Assembly (NCBI GenBank): GCA_030530825.1
Contig: JAUMUF010000001.1
Location: 322,757 to 386,756, forward strand
DNA length: 64,000 bases
Source of the DNA: a bacterium
GTDB taxonomy: Bacteria > Patescibacteriota > Saccharimonadia > Saccharimonadales > Saccharimonadaceae
Direction of reading: 5' to 3'
Shown: positions 1-8,795 of the stretch, one piece after another
Layout of the letters: each line of letters opens with the position of its first letter
Position numbering within the stretch: position 1 is the stretch's first letter
Made by a program: the position numbers and the translations under genes
The notes under the pieces: model-generated
Seen by the model: only the letters and a program-made list of their open reading frames with translations
What the model was told of the DNA's origin: nothing
Database searches by the model: none

Positions 1-41
1 TGATTTGAAAACATACTTGTAAAGCTACTAAGGAATCCCAT
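1..41 (-). CDS. 5' end of a gene of unknown product, truncated by the window edge (begins MGFLSSFTSMFSN...). It has its own promoter and SD, and it is not rplC-like.
   Basis: ATG at 41..39 preceded by an AAAGGAGGAA SD (48-57). A TTGACT-17-TATAGT promoter lies upstream on the minus strand. The N-terminus does not match the L3 start expected after rpsJ. Confidence 0.3.
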   Translation of the reverse strand, partial: MGFLSSFTSMFSN

Positions 42-72
42 TTTAGATTCCTCCTTTCTTAAATATAGTCCT

Positions 73-101
73 ACTATAACATTTTTATTCATAAAAGTCA
101 A
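73..101 (-). promoter_or_regulatory. sigma70-like promoter (TTGACT-17 nt-TATAGT) for the truncated gene at 1..41
   Basis: -35 agtcaa(rc) at about 96-101 and -10 actata(rc) at about 73-78, read directly from the sequence. Confidence 0.4.
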
Positions 102-103
102 TA

Positions 104-134
104 AACCGCCCTCTTTAGATAGGGGCGGCTTTAT
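104..134. terminator. hairpin (CCGCCC...GGGCGG) flanked by A/T runs immediately downstream of rpsJ. Likely the rpsJ terminator.
   Basis: The inverted repeat ccgccctc/ggggcgg with T-rich flanks was seen in the sequence. Confidence 0.4.
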
Positions 135-154
135 TCGAAAACTTCGAGTTATAA

Positions 155-466
155 TTACATCTTGATTTCAGCATCAACACCGGCTGGAAGACTTAGGTTC
201 TGAAGAGAATCGATAGTCTTTGGTGTTGCGTTGGTGATATCGATAAGGCGTTTATGAACGCGCATTTCATAGGCTTCACCACCTGGCTTGTAAACGTGTG
301 GAGACTTCACAACGGTGAAAGTGCTCTTTCGAGTTGGAAGCGGAACCGGTCCAGCAACAGTTGCGCCAGTCCTGATGGCTGTATCAACGATTTGCTTTGC
401 GCTTTGGTCAATAACTTTGTGATCATACGCTTTTAGGCGAATGCGAATTGTCAATCCTTCTGACAT
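155..466 (-). CDS. rpsJ: 30S ribosomal protein S10
   Basis: The 103-aa translation (RIRLKAYDH...GPVPLPT...KSPHV...) is a canonical S10 sequence. Confidence 0.92.
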   Translation of the reverse strand: MSEGLTIRIRLKAYDHKVIDQSAKQIVDTAIRTGATVAGPVPLPTRKSTFTVVKSPHVYKPGGEAYEMRVHKRLIDITNATPKTIDSLQNLSLPAGVDAEIKM

Positions 467-661
467 TTTTACTCCTTATTCTACATCCGTAACTTCTCCC
501 GAGACCTTAAGATAATCTTGGGCGAATTCTCAGATAATTTTATATTACTTTTATATTTTAGCATATTCCGTGGTTGATTTCAAGCGCTTTCAATATGGAT
601 TTTTTATTAAAAAAGATATAAAATAGAGGTATAGTTTTAATAAATCAGAGAAAGGATAAAG

Positions 662-1354
662 ATGGTAAAATTAGTTTTTGCGCGACACGGTGAGAGCGAA
701 TGGAATAAAGCCAATCTCTTCACGGGTTGGGCTGATGTAGATTTAAGCGAAAAAGGCGTTCAGCAAGCAGTTGATGCGGGTAAATTGATAAAAGAGGCGG
801 GGATCGAGTTCGGCTTAGCCTTTACTTCTGTACTAAAGCGCGCCATCAAAACCACCAACCTTGCCCTCGAAGCATCAGACCAACTTTGGGTTCCGGTCGA
901 AAAATCTTGGCGCCTCAACGAGCGCCACTATGGCGGTTTGACTGGTAAGAATAAGGCTGAGGCAGCCGCAGAATTTGGCAATGAGCAAGTTCACATTTGG
1001 CGCCGAAGTTATGATGTTTTACCTCCAGCAATGGATAAAGGTGACGAGCACTCGGCGCACAACGACCGCCGTTACAAATCGCTAGATTCAAGCGTAATTC
1101 CAGATGCAGAAAATCTTAAGGTTACTTTCGAGCGCGCCCTACCTTTCTGGGAAGACAAAATTGCGCCGGCCCTCAAGTCTGGCAAAAATGTTTTTGTCGG
1201 CGCTCACGGCAACTCAATCCGCGCGCTTGTCAAGCATATTAAAGGTCTTTCCGATGAAGAGATTATGGATGTAGAAATCCCTAACTTCCCTCCTCTTGTC
1301 TTTGAACTGGACGAAGATCTCAATATTTTGAACGAATATTTCTTGGGTGAGTAA
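662..1354 (+). CDS. gpmA: 2,3-bisphosphoglycerate-dependent phosphoglycerate mutase
   Basis: The RHGESEWN catalytic-His motif is present, as are the ~230-aa length and the C-terminal [10 protein letters not shown] motif typical of dPGM. An AAAGGA SD lies upstream. Confidence 0.85.
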   Translation: MVKLVFARHGESEWNKANLFTGWADVDLSEKGVQQAVDAGKLIKEAGIEFGLAFTSVLKRAIKTTNLALEASDQLWVPVEKSWRLNERHYGGLTGKNKAEAAAEFGNEQVHIWRRSYDVLPPAMDKGDEHSAHNDRRYKSLDSSVIPDAENLKVTFERALPFWEDKIAPALKSGKNVFVGAHGNSIRALVKHIKGLSDEEIMDVEIPNFPPLVFELDEDLNILNEYFLGE

Positions 1355-1373
1355 AATTTAAGATAAAATAAAT

Positions 1374-1404
1374 AAACGAGCGATTTTCTGCTCGTTTTAT
1401 TTTG
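1374..1404. terminator. bidirectional rho-independent terminator between the convergent gpmA and 1408..1800 genes
   Basis: acgagc-gattttct-gctcgt hairpin with T runs on both strands. Confidence 0.5.
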
Positions 1405-1407
1405 GAG

Positions 1408-1800
1408 TTACAACGCGCTCCTGAGTTTTAACCCAAGAAGTTCCACAAACCTATCTTCTATATCGATAACTTTACAAAATCTCTCCTCGCCAAGCGCAAC
1501 GATTTTTCGATCATTATACACATAACCAATGACCTCATCGCCACCTACACTTACCGTCAAAGAATAAAACTCAGAATTCTCTCTGTGAGAATTTTCATCG
1601 CAGAAGATGATTAAAAGTTCTCGATTCTGCCCAGGATTTAAATGGACACCGATAGAAATCTTGTCTTCTACGGAATCATATATTTTATAAACTTTCCCAG
1701 AATGTGATTTTGCGACTGAAACTTTCACAGATTCAGGATTGTCGGTATTTATAACCTTTTGGACATCCCAATCTGTAAATTCCTTAAAAAAATCTTTCAT
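1408..1800 (-). CDS. hypothetical protein (130 aa)
   Basis: Clean ORF with no recognisable motif. Confidence 0.35.
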   Translation of the reverse strand: MKDFFKEFTDWDVQKVINTDNPESVKVSVAKSHSGKVYKIYDSVEDKISIGVHLNPGQNRELLIIFCDENSHRENSEFYSLTVSVGGDEVIGYVYNDRKIVALGEERFCKVIDIEDRFVELLGLKLRSAL

Positions 1801-1874
1801 AAATGTACGACCCCATTTCTTTAATATGAATTTTATTATAACATTTTAAGGCAGAAAAATCAATCAAAATAAAA

Positions 1875-1905
1875 CCGCCCTCGTATAAACGAGAGCGATT
1901 TTTAG
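1875..1905 (-). terminator. rho-independent terminator of tuf
   Basis: On the minus strand: CGCUCUCG-UUUAUA-CGAGGGCG hairpin (one G-U pair) followed by a U-rich tract. Confidence 0.5.
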
Positions 1906-1929
1906 TTTTAAGAAATCTCTTGAAAACTA

Positions 1930-3114
1930 TTATTTGATGATTGATGTAACAACACCAGCACCAACAGTTCGGCCACCTTCGCGGATAGCAAAGTTCAAAC
2001 CCTGCTCCATAGCGATAGGCGCTTGAAGTTTAACCTTGAAGGTTACATCATCGCCAGGCATAACCATTTCTTTGTCCGCTGGAAGTTCAACTTCACCAGT
2101 AACGTCAGTTGTTCGGAAGTAGAATTGTGGTTTGTAACCCTTTGAGAATGGAGTGTGTCGTCCACCTTCTTCTTTTTTCAAGATGTAAACTTGAGCCTCG
2201 AACTCTGTGTGTGGAGTAATTGTGCCAGGAGCAGCGATAACTTGTCCACGCTCGATTTGTTCGCGGTCAATACCTCGGAGAAGAAGACCAGCGTTGTCAC
2301 CTGCTTGACCTTGGTCAAGAGATTTTTTGAAGGCTTCGATACCAGTAACGACAGTCTTTTGTGATTCTTTAAGACCAACAATTTCAACTTCGTCGTTAAG
2401 TTTAACGATACCTTGCTCAATACGACCAGTCGCAACAGTACCACGACCTTTGATTGAGAAGACGTCTTCGATAGGCATCAAGAATGGTTTGTCCATGTCT
2501 CGTGCTGGCTCTTCGATGTAAGAATCCATCGCAGCAACCAATTCCATAATAGCGTCTTCGTATTTAGCATCACCTTCAAGTGCCTTCAATGCAGAACCCT
2601 TAATAACTGGTGCGTTGTCGCCATCGAAGCCGTTGTTTGAAAGAAGCTCACGAACATCCATTTCGATCAATTCAACGAGTTCTTCATCAGCCATGTCCAT
2701 CTTGTTCAAGAAGACAACGATCTTAGGCACACCAACCTGCTTAGCAAGAAGAACGTGCTCGCGAGTCTGTGGCATTGGGCCGTCAGTTGCAGCGATAACA
2801 AGAACCGCACCGTCAACCTGCGCAGCACCAGTGATCATGTTTTTAACGTAGTCGGCGTGACCAGGCATGTCAACGTGAGCGTAGTGTCGGTTTTCTGATT
2901 CGTATTCTTGGTGAGAAGAAGCGATGGTGATACCACGAGCTTTTTCTTCTGGTGCGTTGTCGATTTGATCGTACGCAACTGGTTTGTTAACTTCTGATGG
3001 AAGTTTTTTTGCAAGAACTGCTGTGATAGCCGCAGTAAGAGTTGTTTTACCGTGGTCAACGTGTCCCATAGTACCAACGTTTACGTGTGGCTTTGAGCGG
3101 TCAAATTCTGCCAT
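1930..3114 (-). CDS. tuf: elongation factor Tu
   Basis: The [10 protein letters not shown] and DCPGHADY motifs and the rest of the sequence are canonical EF-Tu. An AGGAGA SD lies upstream. Confidence 0.98.
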   Translation of the reverse strand: MAEFDRSKPHVNVGTMGHVDHGKTTLTAAITAVLAKKLPSEVNKPVAYDQIDNAPEEKARGITIASSHQEYESENRHYAHVDMPGHADYVKNMITGAAQVDGAVLVIAATDGPMPQTREHVLLAKQVGVPKIVVFLNKMDMADEELVELIEMDVRELLSNNGFDGDNAPVIKGSALKALEGDAKYEDAIMELVAAMDSYIEEPARDMDKPFLMPIEDVFSIKGRGTVATGRIEQGIVKLNDEVEIVGLKESQKTVVTGIEAFKKSLDQGQAGDNAGLLLRGIDREQIERGQVIAAPGTITPHTEFEAQVYILKKEEGGRHTPFSKGYKPQFYFRTTDVTGEVELPADKEMVMPGDDVTFKVKLQAPIAMEQGLNFAIREGGRTVGAGVVTSIIK

Positions 3115-3199
3115 TTAGAATTTCTCCTTTATATTATTTATTATTATCTCGCATCGCACGGCTCGGCTTTTCCAAAACGCACGATGCGACGCTACCTTA

Positions 3200-3228
3200 A
3201 TTATACTCGATTTTTTTCAAAATGTAAA
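3200..3228 (-). promoter_or_regulatory. sigma70-like promoter of tuf (TTTACA-17 nt-TATAAT) followed by a structured ~75-nt leader
   Basis: The hexamers and 17-nt spacer were read from the sequence. The leader contains an 8-bp inverted repeat tcgcatcg/cgatgcga (about 3148-3190). Confidence 0.5.
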
Positions 3229-3241
3229 GAGTGAAAAACGC

Positions 3242-4333
3242 TTAATTTTGCGGTTTATACAAGCCTTCGTGGCGCTTGCCGTCATAAATCGAAGTCGGAA
3301 TCCGCTTAGTCTTGACCTTTTCTTCAACAATTTGGCGGTTGCGCTCGAGTTTACTGGTTGTTTTTTCAGACTTGGCAGACTTCGAAATATCTTCAATCTG
3401 CCCAGAAGAAAATCCAGCCTCACCCAACCAATCACTTAGTTTCTCTTCAACCTTATCGGAAGTCATCGCTTTAAGCGTCTTGCCATTAAAATTCTCCTGC
3501 CACACAACACCTTGTGCGTCTTTTCCCGTGAAGATCTTTTCAACCAAAAACCATTCTGCGGCCAATTTTGGTCCATTTTCCGGCTGAAAATCTCGCACGG
3601 CTTCAATATATCGCGCCAAAAGGTCTGAATTGGCGAACTTATCACCATTTCCTCCACGAATCACGTAAGGAACCAAATGAGTTTTATATTTTTCAAAGAA
3701 TCCGCTCGATTTTTGAGAAGCAAAAGAATTTCTACAAACTATACAGCCAGGGTCGAAGAAATCAACTGCTGCACCATTGGAGTTTTCTGATTTTTCGCTA
3801 AATTGACCGTAAAAGTGGGAATTTTCGACCATAAAATCTTTTGCCTTAAAAGTCATAAATTTAGTCGGAATAGCATTAAAAATCTCACCCCACTCTTCAA
3901 ACCAATTAGAAACAGGATTTCCACCAGAAACATCATCAATAGAGCAAGCCTCAGCCGACGACAAAGCACAGGCATCTGGCTTACGCACATCACAGGTGCC
4001 AAAGGTCCATAATGCAAGCCCCGATTTAACCAAAGTCAAAAGTGACCAGACCGATACGATAATAATCACCAACGAAGCACCCTCAATCGCAACAGAGACG
4101 GGCTTGACCCAATTCTTATGCTTAACGATGATTTTGGAGAGAATCGAATTCTTGATTTCATCACCAAAATTACTATCACATGCCTTAAAAGTTGCTCGCC
4201 GAGTGAAACAATGGAGAGATTTTTTGAATAATTTAGAAATAGAGTCAGCCAACTTTTTTTGACCAACAAGACGCAAGAATGGCGTAAATAGCCAAATTAT
4301 TAAAAATATAACAAATGCCGCAATACAAATCAT
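3242..4333 (-). CDS. membrane-anchored thioredoxin-fold (DsbA-like) thiol:disulfide oxidoreductase
   Basis: Two N-terminal TM helices are followed by a Cys-rich segment (TCDVRKPDAC...AEAC) and a C-terminal domain. That domain carries FFDPGCIVCRNSF (CxxC) and a cis-Pro-loop-like IPTSIYDGKRHEG motif, as in DsbA-family proteins. The start overlaps the upstream cysteine desulfurase by 4 nt (ATGA). Confidence 0.4.
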   Translation of the reverse strand: MICIAAFVIFLIIWLFTPFLRLVGQKKLADSISKLFKKSLHCFTRRATFKACDSNFGDEIKNSILSKIIVKHKNWVKPVSVAIEGASLVIIIVSVWSLLTLVKSGLALWTFGTCDVRKPDACALSSAEACSIDDVSGGNPVSNWFEEWGEIFNAIPTKFMTFKAKDFMVENSHFYGQFSEKSENSNGAAVDFFDPGCIVCRNSFASQKSSGFFEKYKTHLVPYVIRGGNGDKFANSDLLARYIEAVRDFQPENGPKLAAEWFLVEKIFTGKDAQGVVWQENFNGKTLKAMTSDKVEEKLSDWLGEAGFSSGQIEDISKSAKSEKTTSKLERNRQIVEEKVKTKRIPTSIYDGKRHEGLYKPQN

Positions 4334-5475
4334 CCGAGTATCCTTTCCAAAACCTGTCTTAATTTGACAATATCTTCTTTTGTGTTGTGAAGACCAAGCG
4401 AAATCCTCACTAAATGGGGATAGTTCTTAACTTCTTTGAGATAGTAGTGACAGCAAAAATATCCGCTTCGAACCATAATTCCTTCTTGAGAAAGCGCTTG
4501 AGCGATTAAATGCGCATCCAGATCTTTATGGTAAAAACTAATCACCGGAGAAGATTTCTCATTCAATACCACAACATCTTTTTGCTCTTTTAGAAAGTCA
4601 AAAATTTCTTGCGAAAATTCTGTGATTCGGGAGGATTTTTTGGCTTTTTTTAGCCACTCGAGTGCCGGCTTAAGTGCAATAATCTCCGCCCACGCCTGTA
4701 GTCCCGGCTCAAAAATCGCGTGGATATGATCGCCGTCCAACATCTCGAAATCATCAGCAGTTACGCCCGAAACCATTCCACCGCCAACAAAACTAGTTTT
4801 GATAAATCTGGTCAAATCACGACGCACAATCATAACGCCAAGGCTGGCAGAATATGCTTTATGCGCAGAAAACACAATCGCATCGGCAGGAACTTTTTGA
4901 AGAAGTTCAAAATTAGAGCCAATTGCTTGCGCTGCATCCAAAATAACAAATCCACCCTGTTTTTTAATCTGCTTCACCAACTTAGCCACATTTTCAAGAC
5001 GCCTTCCATCGATATTGGAGACAGCGTTAACAACAACCAAACTGTCCGAAAAATTATTTTCAAGAGAAATAGATCCGTCGATCTCTCTTGGCAAAATAAT
5101 TCTCTCCACACCCGTTCTCTTAGCAAAAGCGATAGTCGACAAAAAAACAGAGTTGTGCTCAATCTCAGTCGTAATAATGCGAGAAATCGGTAGTTCGAGT
5201 TGGCTCAGAAGCAGATTCAATCCATAAGTCGTATTGAGCGTAAAACTTACAAAATAATCGCGCTTTCTTAATTTCAAAAGGTCAATAACAGCCTCTCGAC
5301 TCTCCGCAACCTTTTCGTCAACTTTGCGACCCCAAGCGTATTTCACGCGCTCGCCACAAGAGTTGTACTGCGTAAAATATTCATTCATGACATCCATAAC
5401 AACTCGCGGGCGCAAAGTTTGGCAAGCCCCGTCAAAATAGTGATGATTCTCGCCTAAATAATCAAAATCGTTCAA
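4330..5475 (-). CDS. cysteine desulfurase / class V aminotransferase (SufS/CsdA-like)
   Basis: Contains the PLP-lysine motif SAHKAYSASLG and the catalytic-Cys loop RSGYFCCHYY (compare SufS RSGHHCA). The start codon is TTG, with an AAGGAGGAA SD and an extended -10 (TGaTAAAAT) upstream. Confidence 0.75.
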   Translation of the reverse strand: MNDFDYLGENHHYFDGACQTLRPRVVMDVMNEYFTQYNSCGERVKYAWGRKVDEKVAESREAVIDLLKLRKRDYFVSFTLNTTYGLNLLLSQLELPISRIITTEIEHNSVFLSTIAFAKRTGVERIILPREIDGSISLENNFSDSLVVVNAVSNIDGRRLENVAKLVKQIKKQGGFVILDAAQAIGSNFELLQKVPADAIVFSAHKAYSASLGVMIVRRDLTRFIKTSFVGGGMVSGVTADDFEMLDGDHIHAIFEPGLQAWAEIIALKPALEWLKKAKKSSRITEFSQEIFDFLKEQKDVVVLNEKSSPVISFYHKDLDAHLIAQALSQEGIMVRSGYFCCHYYLKEVKNYPHLVRISLGLHNTKEDIVKLRQVLERILG

Positions 5476-5515
5476 AATTCCTCCTTAACTCTCACCATTT
5501 TATCACAAATTTTCA

Positions 5516-5545
5516 TAAGCGTAAAGAAACCGCCCGAAATTTCGA
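5516..5545 (-). terminator. terminator hairpin (CCGCUCGAAAUUUCGGGCGG) after the small ORF 5557..5772
   Basis: A near-perfect inverted repeat followed by a U-rich tract on the minus strand. Nearly the same sequence recurs at about 40686. Confidence 0.45.
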
Positions 5546-5556
5546 GCGGAAATGTG

Positions 5557-5772
5557 CTAACTGGCGTTAATTTTGGCACGAAGTTTGGCGCGATTGCGGC
5601 GTAAATTTTTAATTTCAAAATAACTTTCTCCTGGGAATAATTTTTCAAAATCACAAACCGCCAAACCGCAAGTTCGCATTAAGCGATAAGCGACATTTTT
5701 ATCTTTCAAATCCGCATTGGAATAGCGACGCTCAGAACTTCGTTTTATATCAATAAGGGCTTGGTTTTTCAT
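5557..5772 (-). CDS. small hypothetical protein (71 aa) with a CGLAVC cysteine pair
   Basis: Its own consensus promoter (TTGTCA-17-TAAAAT at about 5819-5847) and an AAAGGAGGG SD argue that it is a real gene. Confidence 0.5.
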   Translation of the reverse strand: MKNQALIDIKRSSERRYSNADLKDKNVAYRLMRTCGLAVCDFEKLFPGESYFEIKNLRRNRAKLRAKINAS

Positions 5773-5818
5773 AACTCAGCCCTCCTTTCTGAAATTTTCA
5801 AGGTAAAACCTCAGTCTG

Positions 5819-5847
5819 ATTTTAACACATCTTTTGTTTTTTGACAA
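5819..5847 (-). promoter_or_regulatory. sigma70-like promoter (TTGTCA-17 nt-TAAAAT) for the 71-aa ORF
   Basis: Hexamers were read from the sequence. It is preceded by the terminator of the upstream gene (gccagcc-ttgt-gctggc + T5). Confidence 0.45.
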
Positions 5848-5893
5848 ATATTTATGAAAAAGCCAGCACAAGGCTGGCATTAAACTGGAGGTT

Positions 5894-6427
5894 TTATGAG
5901 ACCCGCTTAGAGCGGATACTGAGGCGGTCGGCTTCCTTGCTTCGACGATCATAGTTCCTCTCGAAGCGATTAATCTCCCGATCGATAAAATTCACCGCGC
6001 CTTTAGCGAACTTGTTTTGGCGGTCCCGATTGATCAGCCCTTTCTTACGGGCACCATCACGACGGCCAATTTTGGCTTGGACCGCATCAAGTCTCATTCC
6101 GCCAAGATACATAAGCTCGCCATCAAGGGAATCTTTTGCTTTCTCGATACTGAGGATAATCGACCTACCGCCAAATTTTGAGATAGATTCTTTAGCGGAT
6201 CGAAAAATAGATTGAGCCCTTCCGCGCATTTTTGAACTGCGACGGCCAACTTTTCTAGAATTTTTATGCCACTCTTCATAAAGCTCTGCTCTCAAATCTT
6301 CATAATAAGACTGCGCCACAGCTAAATCCGTACTGTTGGCTGGAGTTTCTGGGGTGTTGTACGCATAATCATACAATTCGCCAAGCTGATCGCGGACAAG
6401 GGCTTCAAATTCTGCTTGCTTTTTCAT
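5894..6427 (-). CDS. hypothetical basic protein (177 aa)
   Basis: Own promoter (TTGACT-17-TAAAAT at about 6483-6511) and a GGAGGTG SD. No recognisable domain. Confidence 0.45.
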   Translation of the reverse strand: MKKQAEFEALVRDQLGELYDYAYNTPETPANSTDLAVAQSYYEDLRAELYEEWHKNSRKVGRRSSKMRGRAQSIFRSAKESISKFGGRSIILSIEKAKDSLDGELMYLGGMRLDAVQAKIGRRDGARKKGLINRDRQNKFAKGAVNFIDREINRFERNYDRRSKEADRLSIRSKRVS

Positions 6428-6509
6428 AAAAAAGCACCTCCATGAATAAATTTAGAACTTCTTTCGAAATTCTATCTTCTATATTTTAACACTTTATCAG
6501 AAAAAAGTC

Positions 6510-6545
6510 AACAAAAATCGCCCCTTTTACGAGAGGCGATTTGTT
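6510..6545 (-). terminator. rho-independent terminator of fusA
   Basis: AUCGCCUCU-cguaaa-AGGGGCGAU hairpin + U5 on the minus strand. Confidence 0.5.
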
Positions 6546-6557
6546 CGAAAAAACGAA

Positions 6558-8648
6558 TTATTTAGCATTGCGCTTTTCGATGATTTCTTGCGCGACATTA
6601 GGTGGAACTTCTTCATACTGAGCGAGTTCCATTGTAGAAGCCGCACGACCCTTACTCATTGAACGAAGGTCAGAGGTGTAGCCAAACATATTGGCAAGAG
6701 GCACGAAGCCACGAACCAACTTTGAGCCACCCATGAGGTCATCCATTGAGTCGATTCGACCACGGCGAGAGTTAAGGTCTCCGATCACGTCACCCATGAA
6801 CTCTTCTGGAGTGGTGATTTCTACCTTCATTACAGGCTCAAGAAGAACTGGCTTAGCATCCTTAATACCTGCACGAGTTGCGAGAGCACCAGCCAACTTA
6901 AAGGCAAGTTCGCTTGAGTCGACATCGTGGTAAGAACCATCATAAAGAGTTGCTTTAACATCAACTACTGGATATCCAGCGATAACACCGCCTTCGAGAG
7001 TTTCTTTAATACCTTGCTCAACAGGCTTGCGGTACTCTTGAGGAACAACACCACCTTTGATTTCATCAATAAATTCAAAGCCTTTTCCGGCTTCATTTGG
7101 TTCAAACTTAATCCAAACGTCACCGTATTGACCACGACCACCAGACTGCTTAGCATGCTTACCTTGCGCTTGAGCAATACCGCGGATAGTTTCACGGAAA
7201 GCAACTTGAGGTTCACCAATGTTGGCTTCAACGTTAAACTCACGCTTCATTCGGTCGATTAAGATGTCAAGGTGAAGTTCACCCATACCAGACATAATTG
7301 TTTGGCCGGTTTCTTCATCAGTATGAACGCGGAAAGTTGGATCTTCTTCAGCAAGTCGTTGAAGTGCGATACCCATCTTTTCTTGGTCAGCCTTGGTTTT
7401 TGGCTCAACGGCGATCGAAACTGGAGGCTCGGCAAATTCGATACCTTCGAGAATGATACCGTGGTTGAGATCACAAAGTGTCGCACCAGTTGTAACATCC
7501 TTAAGACCCACAACAGCCGCAATGTCACCAGCGCCGATTTCTGTGATATCCTCACGCTTGTCAGCATGCATTCGAACAAGTCGTCCAACGCGTTCTTTTT
7601 TGCCAGTCATAGTGTTGAGAACATATGATCCAGCCGTAATTTTACCACTATAAACACGGATAAAGACAAGTTTACCAACGAATGGGTCAGTAGCAATCTT
7701 AAATGCCAAAGCAGAAGTTGGCTCAGTTATAGATGGCTTACGCTCGATAGCGTCACCAGTCTTAGGATCAGTTCCTTGAATGGCAGAAACATCAAGTGGG
7801 CTTGGTAGGTAATCAGTAATAAGGTCAAGAACCTTTTCCACGATCACACCGCGGCCGTCACCACCAGTTACAAGGAAGAAGTCACCCGCCAAAACCCGCT
7901 TGCGTAGCGCGGCTTTAAGTTCTTCGGTAGTAATGCTTTCTTCACCTTCATCAAAGAATCGCATCATCAACTCATCATCAGCCTCAACAGCGTTTTCAAC
8001 AAGAAGCGAACGAGCATTTTTAGCCTTCTCAAGCATATCTGCTGGGATTTCACCAACCTTCAATTCGTGGTCAGCGTAGTTGTCGTAGGTGTAAGCCTTC
8101 ATATCGATAAGATCAACGACACCGTTGATTTCTTGCTCGAAGCCAATTGGAAGGTGAATTGGGAACGCCTGTCGGCTCAATCGCTCGTGGATAGATTGAA
8201 TAGACTTGTAGAAGTCACCACCAGTTTGGTTAATTTTGTTGATAAAGCAAACACGAGGCACGCCGTATTTGTCAGCCTGTCGCCAAACAGTTTCGGACTG
8301 CGCTTCCACACCCATTTTACCGTCGAAAACAGTCACAGCACCGTCAAGAACGCGAAGTGAGCGCTCAACTTCCGCCGTAAAGTCGATGTGACCTGGGGTG
8401 TCGATGATGTTGATTTTATGGTCTTTCCAGAAACAAGTCACCGCAGCAGACGTAATTGTAATACCGCGTTCTTTTTCTTGTTCCATCCAGTCGGTTGTCG
8501 CACCGTCACCTTCACCACGAACAACACCAATTTTATGTGTCAAACCTGTTCGGTAAAGGATACCTTCAGTTGTGGTGGTCTTACCAGCGTCGATGTGCGC
8601 GATGATACCAACGTTTCGGAATTTTTCCAATGGAGTATTTTTATTCAT
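6558..8648 (-). CDS. fusA: elongation factor G
   Basis: 696 aa with AHIDAGKTT and DTPGHIDF motifs. The whole length is EF-G-like. Confidence 0.98.
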   Translation of the reverse strand: MNKNTPLEKFRNVGIIAHIDAGKTTTTEGILYRTGLTHKIGVVRGEGDGATTDWMEQEKERGITITSAAVTCFWKDHKINIIDTPGHIDFTAEVERSLRVLDGAVTVFDGKMGVEAQSETVWRQADKYGVPRVCFINKINQTGGDFYKSIQSIHERLSRQAFPIHLPIGFEQEINGVVDLIDMKAYTYDNYADHELKVGEIPADMLEKAKNARSLLVENAVEADDELMMRFFDEGEESITTEELKAALRKRVLAGDFFLVTGGDGRGVIVEKVLDLITDYLPSPLDVSAIQGTDPKTGDAIERKPSITEPTSALAFKIATDPFVGKLVFIRVYSGKITAGSYVLNTMTGKKERVGRLVRMHADKREDITEIGAGDIAAVVGLKDVTTGATLCDLNHGIILEGIEFAEPPVSIAVEPKTKADQEKMGIALQRLAEEDPTFRVHTDEETGQTIMSGMGELHLDILIDRMKREFNVEANIGEPQVAFRETIRGIAQAQGKHAKQSGGRGQYGDVWIKFEPNEAGKGFEFIDEIKGGVVPQEYRKPVEQGIKETLEGGVIAGYPVVDVKATLYDGSYHDVDSSELAFKLAGALATRAGIKDAKPVLLEPVMKVEITTPEEFMGDVIGDLNSRRGRIDSMDDLMGGSKLVRGFVPLANMFGYTSDLRSMSKGRAASTMELAQYEEVPPNVAQEIIEKRNAK

Positions 8649-8795
8649 TTGATTCCTCTTAAATTTATTATTTAATAGTTGTTCTGGGCGTCAATTTATT
8701 GTTTCGAATTTCGAAATTCAAACCGACACAAAAACAACGCTTCGCCTTTAATTTTAGCATATTTCGAGATTAAAGTAAAGACAAAATTAAGCATC

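Noticed and set aside
3115-3241. Possible tRNA gene upstream of tuf, as in the thrU-tyrU-glyT-thrT-tufB arrangement
   Set aside because: The reverse complement shows no T-loop (GTTCGAATC-like) or cloverleaf. The region is instead explained by the tuf promoter and a leader hairpin.
5488-5510. Recurring motif 'ccattttatcac(a/g)a' also at about 18994, 23690, 26290 and 37125, which first suggested a dispersed repeat or mobile-element end
   Set aside because: Each copy sits immediately upstream of a minus-strand start codon. Read on that strand it is TGTGATAAAATGG, an extended -10 promoter element, so it is a regulatory signal rather than a repeat family.
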